Positions 19,001 through 28,828 of a stretch of 44,308 nucleotides of DNA are shown here, in pieces. The notes under the pieces are model-generated. The model ran no database searches. It was not told where the DNA came from and saw only the letters and a program-made list of their open reading frames with translations. The stretch lies in sequence record DRR378314_2273; one strand, 5' to 3'. Made by a program: the position numbers and the translations under genes. Numbering within the stretch: the first letter of the stretch is position 1; each line of letters opens with the position of its first letter.

Positions 19001-20868
19001 TGCTTTTATCGAAGCATATCCGTTTACAAGTAGCTTTTAACCATATGCACATATTTGTTGACCCTACACCAGATTCTGCTACTTCATACCCAGAGCGCGA
19101 GCGTTTATTTAATTTACCGCGCTCATCATGGGAAGATTATAACAAAGACTTAATTTCTGCCGGTGGTGGCATTTTCTCTCGCGCAGCTAAATCAATTAGC
19201 TTAAGCCCTGAAATGAAGAAAATGTTGGGCACTAAAAAAGCGAGCATGACGCCAAATGAATTGATCAAAGCATCACTAATGATGGAATTTGATTTACTTT
19301 GGAATGGTGGTATCGGCACATACATTAAGAGTAGTGATGAGAGCGATGCTGATGTTGGTGACCGCGCGAACGACGCATTACGCATCAATGGTGCTGACTT
19401 AGGCGCTAAAGTATTAGGTGAAGGTGGTAATTTAGGTGCAACTCAATTAGGTCGTATCGAGTTTGCTGCTAAAGGCGGTCGTGTAAATACTGACTTTATC
19501 GATAACGTAGGTGGTGTTGCGTGTTCTGATAACGAAGTAAATATCAAGATTCTATTAAATGGCTTAGTAACTGCGGGTGATTTGACGCGCAAACAACGCG
19601 ATGAGCTATTATATTCAATGACAGATGAAGTATCTGAATTAGTTCTAGATGACTGTTATCGCCAAACACATACACTCTCTATCACTCAGTCTAAGGGTTC
19701 TTCGACACTGAAAGAAAAAGTACGTTTTATTCATGCACTCGAAAAAGAAGGCAAGCTTAATCGTGCTATCGAATTTATCCCAACAGACGAAGAGCTAGCA
19801 GAGCGTGCAGCTGCGGGTAAAGATTTGACGCGTCCTGAACTTTCAGTTTTAGTGTCTTATTCAAAAATGGTTCTTAAGGAATCATTAGTATCAGAAGAAA
19901 TTACTGAGAACCCTTACTACCGTCAATTGTTAGTTAACTCATTCCCAGTTCCATTACGCGAGAAGTTTAACGATGCAATGGATAATCATCCACTGCGTAA
20001 AGAAATTATTGCCACTAAATTAGCGAATAATATTGTTAATGATATGGGCTTGAACTTTATGATTCGTATGCAAGAAGAAACAGGTGCCAATGAAGCAGAA
20101 GTTGCACTTTGTTATTCTGTTGCAAACGAAGTGTTTGAAATGGATGAGACGTGGGAAGCAATCGTTGCGCTTGATAATAAGATCCCTGCGGCAGTACAAA
20201 CAGAAATGTTGTATCAACTTCGCAGGACTGTTCGTCGTGCAACGCGATGGTTCTTACGCCATCGTAATAAGTCACAAAACATTGAACAAACAATTGCGTT
20301 CTTCGCGCCTACATTTAGTGACCTCAGTACTAATTTAAATGGCTACATGGTTGAGAAAGAAGGCGAGCGTTTAGTTAAAGCGGCAGACAAGCTAATTGAA
20401 AGCGGTGCGCCGGCTGACTTGGCTAAACGAATTGTTGCTCTTTCAAGTCTATTCTCAGTGATGGACTTAGCGGAAGTGGCTAATAATTCTGGCCGCAGTA
20501 TCGACATGGTATCTAATACGTACTTTAAGCTTGGTGCTCGCATGGGTCTGCATTGGTTCCTTGACCAAATTACTAATCAACCTGTTGCTAATCATTGGCA
20601 AGCTCTTGCAAGAGCTTCTTATCGCGAAGAGCTTGATTGGCAACAACGTACATTATCGGAAGTTGTGCTTAACTGCTTTGAAGGCGATGATAAAAATGTT
20701 GATAGTCAAATTGACCAATGGATGGACAGTCAAGAATTACTACTTCAACGTTGGAAGCATATGCTTGCAGAGTTTAAAACATCGCAGAGTCATGACTTTG
20801 CTAAGTTCTCTGTGGCTTTACGTGAGTTAATGCTACTTAGCCATAACTGTGATACGTCAGCTAAATAA
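16027..20868 (+). CDS. gdhB: Large NAD-specific glutamate dehydrogenase
   Basis: 1613 aa, [59 protein letters not shown]. Confidence 0.96.
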   Translation: [1613 protein letters not shown]

Positions 20869-20897
20869 CCCTTTTTGCACGCTTAGTAGTTTCTAGC

Positions 20898-20926
20898 GTG
20901 AAAATAATAAGTTAATAGCTTACAAT
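20898..20926 (+). promoter_or_regulatory. Predicted pyrD promoter overlapping the gdhB terminator
   Basis: GTGAAA - 17 bp - TACAAT. Confidence 0.45.
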
Positions 20927-20954
20927 ACCCCAGCCTAGTCTGGGGTATTTTTTT
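20924..20954 (+). terminator. Rho-independent terminator between gdhB and pyrD
   Basis: AATACCCCAG-cctagt-CTGGGGTATTTTTTT. Confidence 0.85.
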
Positions 20955-20971
20955 ATATAGAGGATTTTTTA

Positions 20972-21982
20972 ATGTTTTATGATCTTGCTCGCCGTTTTAT
21001 GTTCACCCGTGATGCGGAATGGGCCCATGAATTTGCATTACATAATTTGCGTCGCTTTTCAAACACACCATTTAGTGCAGCATGGTCACAATCAGTGGCA
21101 GATCACCCTGTAGAGTTCTTAGGTTTAAAATTTAAAAATCCAGTCGGTTTAGCAGCTGGTTTAGATAAAAATGCTGAGTGTATAGACGCTTTTGCTCAAA
21201 TGGGCTTTGGCTTTATCGAGGTAGGAACTGTTACACCTAGGCCGCAAGCAGGTAACGACAAGCCACGTATATTTCGTTTACCTGAATCGAATGCAATAAT
21301 TAATCGCATGGGCTTTAACAACAAAGGCGTTGATAATTTAGTTAATAATGTAAAAGCAGCAAAGTACGATGGCATTTTGGGGATTAACATCGGTAAGAAT
21401 AAAGATACCCCAAATGAGCAAGGTAAAGACGATTACATTCATTGTATGCGCAAAGTGTTCGAACATGCATCTTACATAACAGTTAATATTTCATCTCCTA
21501 ACACACCAGGGCTTCGAGATTTACAATATGGCGAAGCATTGGACGATCTTTTGCAAAGTCTTAAAAACGAGCAGCTAGATCTAATTGCTAAACACAACAA
21601 GCAAGTCCCAATGCTAGTTAAAATTGCACCAGATTTGGATGAGGTTCAAATTGCTCAGGTGAGTGAGTCATTAATTAACAATAATATTGATGGTGTTATC
21701 GCAACGAACACTACGTTAGAGCGTGCTGCTGTTCAAGGTCAGCAATATGCGGATGAAGCAGGGGGGTTATCAGGGCTTCCTGTACGAGAACGTTCAACTC
21801 ATGTTGTCAAAGAGCTTAAACGTCTTACACAAGGTAAATTGCCAATCATTGGTGTGGGTGGTATTGATGATGCAGCAAGTGCCAAAGAAAAGTTAGAAAG
21901 TGGTGCAGATTTAATTCAAGTATACACTGGTTTTATATACAAAGGTCCACCATTGGTAAAAACGATCCTTTCAGGCTTATAA
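20972..21982 (+). CDS. pyrD: Quinone-dependent dihydroorotate dehydrogenase (class 2)
   Basis: [41 protein letters not shown]. Confidence 0.97.
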   Translation: MFYDLARRFMFTRDAEWAHEFALHNLRRFSNTPFSAAWSQSVADHPVEFLGLKFKNPVGLAAGLDKNAECIDAFAQMGFGFIEVGTVTPRPQAGNDKPRIFRLPESNAIINRMGFNNKGVDNLVNNVKAAKYDGILGINIGKNKDTPNEQGKDDYIHCMRKVFEHASYITVNISSPNTPGLRDLQYGEALDDLLQSLKNEQLDLIAKHNKQVPMLVKIAPDLDEVQIAQVSESLINNNIDGVIATNTTLERAAVQGQQYADEAGGLSGLPVRERSTHVVKELKRLTQGKLPIIGVGGIDDAASAKEKLESGADLIQVYTGFIYKGPPLVKTILSGL

Positions 21983-22031
21983 GGATCAGTTATGTAAGCT
22001 TTTGATCATTCGATAAATGTTCTAATAGAAT

Positions 22032-22061
22032 TTGGATTAAATGGTCAAAAGCAACTATAAT
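22032..22061 (+). promoter_or_regulatory. Predicted sigma70 promoter for zapC
   Basis: TTGGAT - 18 bp - TATAAT. Confidence 0.55.
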
Positions 22062-22097
22062 TAAAGGCTAAAGCATAAAAGGAGTCATTAGGAGCGC

Positions 22098-22628
22098 ATG
22101 TTACAAGCATCAAAACAATGGAAATGGATAGCTTGTCCGAAACGAAATCGTTTGTTGGTTGACCTAAACCAAGAGATGCAATTGTGCACGCCTTATAAAC
22201 TCCGTCAACTAACAGATTCTGTTTTACAGTATTCAGAATTTAGCCTTGAAGATGCAGCCTTTTATCAACAAGTTTACCAATATCTTGACTCTTTTAATCT
22301 GTGGCAACCCGCAGAAATTTGTCAAATAGCGCTTAATGCAACTGCAGCAAAATACCATTTAAAGCCAGTACTATCCAAAAGTTGGTTTTTTGATACATAC
22401 ACAGGCAGTGAGCCAAGCGTAGAGGCAATAATTAAGTTACAGTCTCGCCAACAATGCGGTGAGTTTTTAATTATTGAACACAATAAAGATGCCTCTTTGT
22501 GTATTTGTTTATCTGAGCACTTCCAATTAGATGAAAACCTTAGTTTGAATCAATTTGAGGTGATCAAGGTGCTCAACAATCGTGTCCACCCAATTTACAC
22601 ACAAGCCCAAAGCAGTATAACTGCTTAA
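22098..22628 (+). CDS. zapC: Cell division protein ZapC
   Basis: W.W near N-terminus, FSLEDA.FY, LNATAA..HLKP..KSWFF, IKV..NR; between pyrD and rlmKL. Confidence 0.85.
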   Translation: MLQASKQWKWIACPKRNRLLVDLNQEMQLCTPYKLRQLTDSVLQYSEFSLEDAAFYQQVYQYLDSFNLWQPAEICQIALNATAAKYHLKPVLSKSWFFDTYTGSEPSVEAIIKLQSRQQCGEFLIIEHNKDASLCICLSEHFQLDENLSLNQFEVIKVLNNRVHPIYTQAQSSITA

Positions 22629-22677
22629 GTAAATTTTACGCCTTCAACCCATAATCACGTGTTTGTCTGCCAACCTA

Positions 22678-22693
22678 TGTTATAATCCCGCGC
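22678..22693 (+). promoter_or_regulatory. Extended -10 promoter with GC-rich discriminator for the rlmKL-uup operon
   Basis: TGtTATAAT followed by CCCGCGC. Confidence 0.65.
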
Positions 22694-22717
22694 AATTAGC
22701 TACTAAGGGTTTTTACT

Positions 22718-24835
22718 TTGCAATTTATCGCGCTTACTTCTATCGGAATCGAAAATTTATTGGTTGATGAACTTACTGAGATTGGGGCTACAGTCACCAA
22801 ACAAACAGTGGGTTCTGTGCGTTTTGACGCGGATACAACACTAGCACAAAAAGTGTGCTTAATGAGTCGTTTTGCCACTCGTGTCATGATGTTGATTGAA
22901 GAAAAAGAAGGCGTGAACGACAAAGATAGCCTTTATAAATTTGCCCGCTTTCAACCTTGGCAAGAGTGGTTCGGTCCAACTCAAACATTTGCTGTTGATT
23001 TTAACGGGACTAATGATTCATTAAAAAACACACAATTCTCTGGTCTTGTGATCAAGGATGCGATTGTTGATTATTTCAATGATTTATATGAGCAACGGCC
23101 TAACGTAGACAAGCAAGATGCTAACGTACGTGTTGTCGCGCGTTTATCTCGCCAAGGCGTTGCCATGTATATAGATTACTCAGGACCTCGCTTGTCTGAA
23201 CGCGGTTACCGTGAAGGGCAAGGTAAAGCACCTATTAAAGAGCATTTAGCCGCGGCACTTATTAAGCGCAGTGGTTGGCTCGAGAACGTACAGCAGCCTT
23301 TATTTGACCCATGTTGTGGTGCTGGTACCATTTTAATTGAAGCGGCTGGTATGGCACGTAATGAAGCGCCTGGTTTATTCCGAGAAGGGTTCGCTTTTGA
23401 AAGGTTACCAAGCTTTCGTGTTGCGAAATTCAACGCTTTAAGAGAAGAGCTTATTGCTCAAATAACAGACCCTAAATTGTGGCTAATCGGTCATGATTAT
23501 GACGCTCAAGTATTAAGTAAAGCGGTTGATAACGCGAAGCGTGCAGAACTGGGCGATATTATTAAATTTAAGCAAAATGATGCCACAAAGCTGACATCCG
23601 TTGCGAAACTGCCAGGCGTAGTTATATCGAACTTACCGTATGGTGAACGTATAGGTTCAATGGCAGAGCTAGTTGATTTACATCGTAGTTTAGGCACGGG
23701 TTTTAAAAAGCATTTTAATAATTGGAAGCTTGCGCTGCTTGGCATGGATGAAAGCCTATTTAAGCTGTTAAAGCTCGTTAAGCTTAAACGCTATAAATTT
23801 AAAAATGGCCCGCTTGATGTGGTATTAAATTTATATCAACTAGATGACAAACAAGTAAGCCAAACCACAGAAGATAAGCCTGCTCTTAATTTTGAAGGTT
23901 CAATGTCTTTTGCAAACCGTGTTAAAAAGAACAAGCAAGGTTTAAAAAATTGGCTCAAGCAAAATGATGTGCAAGCATATCGAGTTTATGATGCAGATAT
24001 CCCAGAATATAACGTGGCTGTTGATGTATATGGTGACTCAGCGGTTATTTTTGAGTATGCAGCACCAAAAGAAATAGATGATGCAACAGCACATAAACGT
24101 CTACAAGATGTGATCACTTTAACTGCACAACAGCTTAAAATTGCAGCAGAAAATATAGCCGTAAAAGTACGTAAAAAGCAAAAAGGGGAAGAGCAATATA
24201 CCCCAATGGCTAAGCAAAATCGGACTCAAGTGATCGAAGAGTTTGGTGCAAAATTTAAAGTGAATCTGTTTGATTACTTAGATACGGGTTTGTTTTTAGA
24301 TCACCGCTTAGCTCGTCGCTACATTCAACAAAATGCAAAAGACAAACGCTTTTTAAATTTATTTGCCTATACTGGCACGGCATCCGTGCATGCAGCCCTA
24401 GGTGGAGCTAAAGCAATTACTACTGTTGATTTATCTAAAACCTACTTAAAGTGGGGTCAAGATAATTTTGAACTTAACAATATTAGTAATACGCGCTACC
24501 GTTTTGAGCAAGCTGATTGTTTAAAATGGTTAGAATATGCAACAAGCCAATATGATTTGATATTTTTAGATCCGCCGACTTTTTCAAACTCAAAGCGTAT
24601 GAAAGACGCGTTTGATGTGCAACGTGACCATATTAAATTATTAACGTGGGTTAAAAAGATCTTAAGCCCTTCTGGTACTCTCATCTTTTCTAACAACAAA
24701 CGTGGTTTTGCAATGGATGAAGTTGGTTTAATTGGCCTTGGCTTAAAAGCGGTTAATATATCTGAAAAGACACTATCGCCAGATTTCAAACGTAACAAAC
24801 AAATCCATAATAGTTGGTTAATAACCCATGGTTAA
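22718..24835 (+). CDS. rlmKL: Bifunctional 23S rRNA m2G2445/m7G2069 methyltransferase
   Basis: THUMP domain, RGYR, APIKE, DPCCGAGT, YRVYDADIPEY, DYLDTGLFLDHR, LNLFAYTG, DPPTFSNSK; TTG start. Confidence 0.95.
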   Translation: MQFIALTSIGIENLLVDELTEIGATVTKQTVGSVRFDADTTLAQKVCLMSRFATRVMMLIEEKEGVNDKDSLYKFARFQPWQEWFGPTQTFAVDFNGTNDSLKNTQFSGLVIKDAIVDYFNDLYEQRPNVDKQDANVRVVARLSRQGVAMYIDYSGPRLSERGYREGQGKAPIKEHLAAALIKRSGWLENVQQPLFDPCCGAGTILIEAAGMARNEAPGLFREGFAFERLPSFRVAKFNALREELIAQITDPKLWLIGHDYDAQVLSKAVDNAKRAELGDIIKFKQNDATKLTSVAKLPGVVISNLPYGERIGSMAELVDLHRSLGTGFKKHFNNWKLALLGMDESLFKLLKLVKLKRYKFKNGPLDVVLNLYQLDDKQVSQTTEDKPALNFEGSMSFANRVKKNKQGLKNWLKQNDVQAYRVYDADIPEYNVAVDVYGDSAVIFEYAAPKEIDDATAHKRLQDVITLTAQQLKIAAENIAVKVRKKQKGEEQYTPMAKQNRTQVIEEFGAKFKVNLFDYLDTGLFLDHRLARRYIQQNAKDKRFLNLFAYTGTASVHAALGGAKAITTVDLSKTYLKWGQDNFELNNISNTRYRFEQADCLKWLEYATSQYDLIFLDPPTFSNSKRMKDAFDVQRDHIKLLTWVKKILSPSGTLIFSNNKRGFAMDEVGLIGLGLKAVNISEKTLSPDFKRNKQIHNSWLITHG

Positions 24836-25067
24836 TTGGACGCTCTACCATACCGATGGCTGTCACTTGTGCGAAGAAGCGTTTGAACTTATTGAGCCAC
24901 TGACAACCGATTCAGTCTCATTGCAACGTGTTGACATTATGAGTAGTGAACAGCTTATTGCTGAATTCCAACTAACAATCCCCGTTTTAAAAAGCGAACG
25001 CGGTCAACAGTTAAATTGGCCGTTTACTGCGTTACAAGTGCAGCAGTGTTTTACGCAATCAGAATAA
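24828..25067 (+). CDS. Glutaredoxin-like protein (DUF836 type)
   Basis: LYHTDGCHLCEEA CxxC, IPVL, LNWPF; overlaps the rlmKL stop. Confidence 0.85.
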   Translation: MVNWTLYHTDGCHLCEEAFELIEPLTTDSVSLQRVDIMSSEQLIAEFQLTIPVLKSERGQQLNWPFTALQVQQCFTQSE

Positions 25068-25082
25068 GAGTAAAGAGACAAC

Positions 25083-26999
25083 ATGGATTTAATTAGAATT
25101 TCAAAAGCGCAGTTAGCTTACGGCACACACCCTTTACTAGATGATGCAGATGCAGTCATCGAAACGGGTGAGCGAGTGTGTATCGTTGGTCGAAATGGCG
25201 CGGGTAAATCAACACTTTTAAAGGTACTTGATGGTCAGGTCATCTTAGATGATGGCGAAATTAACCAGCTTGGTGGCATCAAGATTTCTCGTTTAGAGCA
25301 AGATCCGCCAAAGGGTGCGAGTGGCACTGTTTTCGATTATGTTGCTCAAGGTATGCCAGATATTGCCAACTTACTGATTGATTATCACCATGTAAGCACG
25401 CAACTGCAAACTGATTGCACTGATAAACTACTCAACCAACTTGAGCGTTTATCAAATCAATTAGAGGCGGCGGATGGTTGGCGTTTTGATAGCCGCATTC
25501 AGCTTGTTCTCACTCGTCTAGAGCTTTCACCAGAGGCAAAACTTGAATCGCTTTCTGGCGGTTGGTTACGTAAAGTTGCGTTAGCGCGTGCGCTTGTTAG
25601 TGAGCCTGACTTATTATTACTTGATGAGCCTACCAACCACTTAGACATGGACAGTGTTATGTGGTTAGAGCAATTTTTAAAAGAGTTTAAAGGCGGCATT
25701 GTTTTCATTTCTCATGACCGTGCATTTATTCGCGCTGTTGCGACACGCATCCTAGATTTAGACCGTGGTAAATTAATCTCATACCCTGGTGATTATGCGA
25801 CATATTTAGAACAAAAAGCGCATGATTTAAAAGTTGAAGAAACACAAAATGCCCTTTTTGATAAGCGGTTAGCTGAAGAAGAGGCGTGGATCCGCCAAGG
25901 AGTAAAAGCACGTCGTACACGTAATGAAGGACGAGTGCGTGAACTCAAACAACTTCGCGTTGAGCGTAAGCAGCGAGTAGAGCAAGTAGGCAAGACTGAC
26001 TTTAACATCGAAACTGCTGATAGATCAGGCAAGCTTGTATTTGAAGCAAAACATATTCACCATGCCTTTAAAGATAAAGTAATTGCTGATGACTTTTCTA
26101 CATTAGTAATGCGTGGGGATAGAATTGGACTGGTTGGTCCAAATGGTATTGGTAAAACTACATTGCTCAAATTATTGTTTGGTGATTTAGCTGCGGATAG
26201 TGGTGATATTAAACAAGGCGTAAACTTAGAGTTTGCCTATTTTGACCAGTACCGTCAAAAGCTTGATGAAGAAGCAACCGTGCAAGATAACGTTGCTGAA
26301 GGTAAGCAAGAAGTGATGATGGGTGGCCGTTCACGTCATGTACTTGGCTACCTGCAAGACTTTTTATTCCCACCTGCACGTGCTCGTACCCCCGTTAAAG
26401 CATTGTCAGGCGGTGAAAAAAATCGGTTGTTGCTTGCTAAGTTATTCTTAAAACCATCAAACATTTTAGTACTGGATGAGCCGACCAATGACTTGGATAT
26501 CGAAACACTTGAATTACTGGAAGATATAATTAATCAATACCAGGGCACAGTGCTAATTGTAAGCCATGACCGTGAGTTTATTGATAATACGTGTACCAGT
26601 GTTTGGGCATTTGAAGGTAATGGCAAAATCACCGATATTGTAGGCGGTTATAGTGATTATGAAGCTTATATACGCTACCTTGCTGATGAACAAAAAAAAC
26701 AAACTGCTGCCCCTGTAAAAGCAGTTGAAAAACAAGTTACAAAATCACAAAGTAAAACAGAGAGCAAAGCGAATAAACTCTCTTACAAATTAAAACTTGA
26801 ATTAGAACAATTACCCAGTAAGCTTGAGCAAATTGAAAATGCAATTGAAGATCAGCAAGTACTTGTAAACGACGCTGATTTTTTCAAACAAGATGCTGCA
26901 ATCACTTCACAAGCATTGAACCATTTAGCGCAACTAGAGTCAGACCTTGAAGCTGCGTTAGAGCGCTGGGAAGAATTAGAAGATTTAAAGAATCAGTAG
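25083..26999 (+). CDS. uup: ABC-F ATPase Uup
   Basis: Two ABC domains (GRNGAGKST, GPNGIGKTT, LSGG, LDEPTN), WIRQGVKARRTRNEGRVR linker, KLSYK coiled-coil tail. Confidence 0.95.
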   Translation: MDLIRISKAQLAYGTHPLLDDADAVIETGERVCIVGRNGAGKSTLLKVLDGQVILDDGEINQLGGIKISRLEQDPPKGASGTVFDYVAQGMPDIANLLIDYHHVSTQLQTDCTDKLLNQLERLSNQLEAADGWRFDSRIQLVLTRLELSPEAKLESLSGGWLRKVALARALVSEPDLLLLDEPTNHLDMDSVMWLEQFLKEFKGGIVFISHDRAFIRAVATRILDLDRGKLISYPGDYATYLEQKAHDLKVEETQNALFDKRLAEEEAWIRQGVKARRTRNEGRVRELKQLRVERKQRVEQVGKTDFNIETADRSGKLVFEAKHIHHAFKDKVIADDFSTLVMRGDRIGLVGPNGIGKTTLLKLLFGDLAADSGDIKQGVNLEFAYFDQYRQKLDEEATVQDNVAEGKQEVMMGGRSRHVLGYLQDFLFPPARARTPVKALSGGEKNRLLLAKLFLKPSNILVLDEPTNDLDIETLELLEDIINQYQGTVLIVSHDREFIDNTCTSVWAFEGNGKITDIVGGYSDYEAYIRYLADEQKKQTAAPVKAVEKQVTKSQSKTESKANKLSYKLKLELEQLPSKLEQIENAIEDQQVLVNDADFFKQDAAITSQALNHLAQLESDLEAALERWEELEDLKNQ

Positions 27000-27010
27000 T
27001 AAGGACTAAA

Positions 27011-28756
27011 ATGAAATATAAATTACTCGCTGCTAGTATATTAGCGACGATGAGCACGACAGCATTAAGTGCTACCTATAAGTTGACTGAGCTGGGTTCA
27101 TTTGACGAAGCTAAACATACCTACGTGACAGATGTAAGTGAAAGTGGTCATGTAATTGGACTAGCAAATGGTTTATACAATCTTCCAATTGATATCAGTT
27201 ATATAGATTTCACAGATAGTATAATTACAGATTTCTATGATGCAGCGGAAGCCAACTTTGAGCTCATTGATAAAGAAATTACATTCACATTAGATGATAT
27301 CGAAAACAATAACGCAGTAGCTACAAACCCAGATGCGCATGCATTTATGCATTCGTTTTTGAGAAGCGAAAGGGTAGTTAATAACAGCCAATACCAAAAT
27401 GTCGGCAATTTAGCAGCACTTAGATACCCAGGTAATCAACAACCTGCTCAGGAACAGTTATTTTTTGATATTGCATCCGTTGATTATGATGGAGTCACCC
27501 GCTCTGTAAATGCATTTTATAATGGCATTGCTGAAGACGGCACCTCTGTAGGTTGGGGCAGTGCACCCTTTGATAAACTGAAATTTACACCAGATGATGA
27601 AACAGAAGAGGAAACTCACTTTGTTCGTGATTTTATAAATCGTGCGGCAATCATATCTGACTCAGGTGTCGTATTTGAAATCCCCCCTGAATTTGATGAG
27701 TTTGGTGGTATCAGCGCAGCTAATGATATTGTTAAAACGGATGATGGATACGTTGTTGTTGGACAAACTTCAGTGGGTATTCCTAGTGATAGGCAAGAAG
27801 ATATCGATGATGACTGTGATGGTTTAAATATACCTGTCAGCGCTTGTATTGAAAACTTATATCGCTCTTCATCCACACGCCTTTTCGATCTTCGAGCTGT
27901 AAAATGGACGTTAGACACAAGCTTTAACATTACAAGTACTGAGAAATTGGGTGTTGGTGTTACACCAGAAGACGATGAAAACTTTGCTTTCGTAAGTAAT
28001 GCATTAGCTATTAATAGTAACGGTATTGCTGCAGGCACATCAGACATCCGTGACAATAGCCGCTCTAGCACAATTAGATCACTTCCAGTGTACTATAAAG
28101 ACGGTAAAGTTGAAGAAATAGTGGATCAAGATGATGATTGGTTTGATGGCAAGTCAACGGCTATTAACAATAATAATATAGTCACGGGTTATGCACTTAG
28201 ACCAATTGAAGGGGCTAATCGCTATAAGTTTTTCTATCACGATATAGCTACTGGCTCTACGGTTTTTCCAACTGATTTTTTTGGCAGCTCAAGTTCATAT
28301 GCAAACGATATAAATGATAATGGTATTATTGTTGGTGAAGGTGAAACAGACGTATTTAATGTTGGCTCTCGCCGCCGTGAAGCGTTTATGTACCAAGTTG
28401 GTGACGATAAGATAACAAATATCAATGATTTACTGCCATGTTATGAAAGTGATGGTGAAACGCGTTACAAATACCTAATGTCTGAAGCTAAAGCCATTAA
28501 TAACGATAATGAAATATTTGGTGTTGCAACTAAAACAGTTGAAAAAACAGATAGCCTAGGTGGAGTCGTTACAGACACTAATGGTGATATTGAGTATGAA
28601 AGCGTTGTGGTTGCAGTTAAGCTAACCCCTATTGAAGGTGAGATTGACAAATGTTCGGACGAAGAGACTGAAACGTATGAGCGTCAATCTGCCAGCTTCC
28701 CATGGTACAGCTTATTATTATTACCACTTGTTGGTTTACGCCGCTTATTAAAGTAG
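27011..28756 (+). CDS. DUF3466-family exported protein with GlyGly-CTERM-like tail
   Basis: Signal peptide, repeated A.(D/A)IN.NG..VG beta repeats, C-terminal SASFPWYSLLLLPLVGLRRLLK; follows uup. Confidence 0.82.
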   Translation: MKYKLLAASILATMSTTALSATYKLTELGSFDEAKHTYVTDVSESGHVIGLANGLYNLPIDISYIDFTDSIITDFYDAAEANFELIDKEITFTLDDIENNNAVATNPDAHAFMHSFLRSERVVNNSQYQNVGNLAALRYPGNQQPAQEQLFFDIASVDYDGVTRSVNAFYNGIAEDGTSVGWGSAPFDKLKFTPDDETEEETHFVRDFINRAAIISDSGVVFEIPPEFDEFGGISAANDIVKTDDGYVVVGQTSVGIPSDRQEDIDDDCDGLNIPVSACIENLYRSSSTRLFDLRAVKWTLDTSFNITSTEKLGVGVTPEDDENFAFVSNALAINSNGIAAGTSDIRDNSRSSTIRSLPVYYKDGKVEEIVDQDDDWFDGKSTAINNNNIVTGYALRPIEGANRYKFFYHDIATGSTVFPTDFFGSSSSYANDINDNGIIVGEGETDVFNVGSRRREAFMYQVGDDKITNINDLLPCYESDGETRYKYLMSEAKAINNDNEIFGVATKTVEKTDSLGGVVTDTNGDIEYESVVVAVKLTPIEGEIDKCSDEETETYERQSASFPWYSLLLLPLVGLRRLLK

Positions 28757-28775
28757 TAAACACGTTAAAAAAATT

Positions 28776-28804
28776 AAAGGCACGCATGAAAGCGTGCCTT
28801 TTTT
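28776..28804. terminator. Bidirectional terminator between DUF3466 and ansA
   Basis: AAAGGCACGC-atgaaa-GCGTGCCTTTTTT. Confidence 0.85.
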
Positions 28805-28828
28805 ATTTATATTGAGTACTGTATCTGT

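Noticed and set aside
28757-28828. Expected rmf gene after uup-DUF3466
   Set aside because: The gap holds only a terminator; the MKRKR start on the minus strand belongs to ansA.
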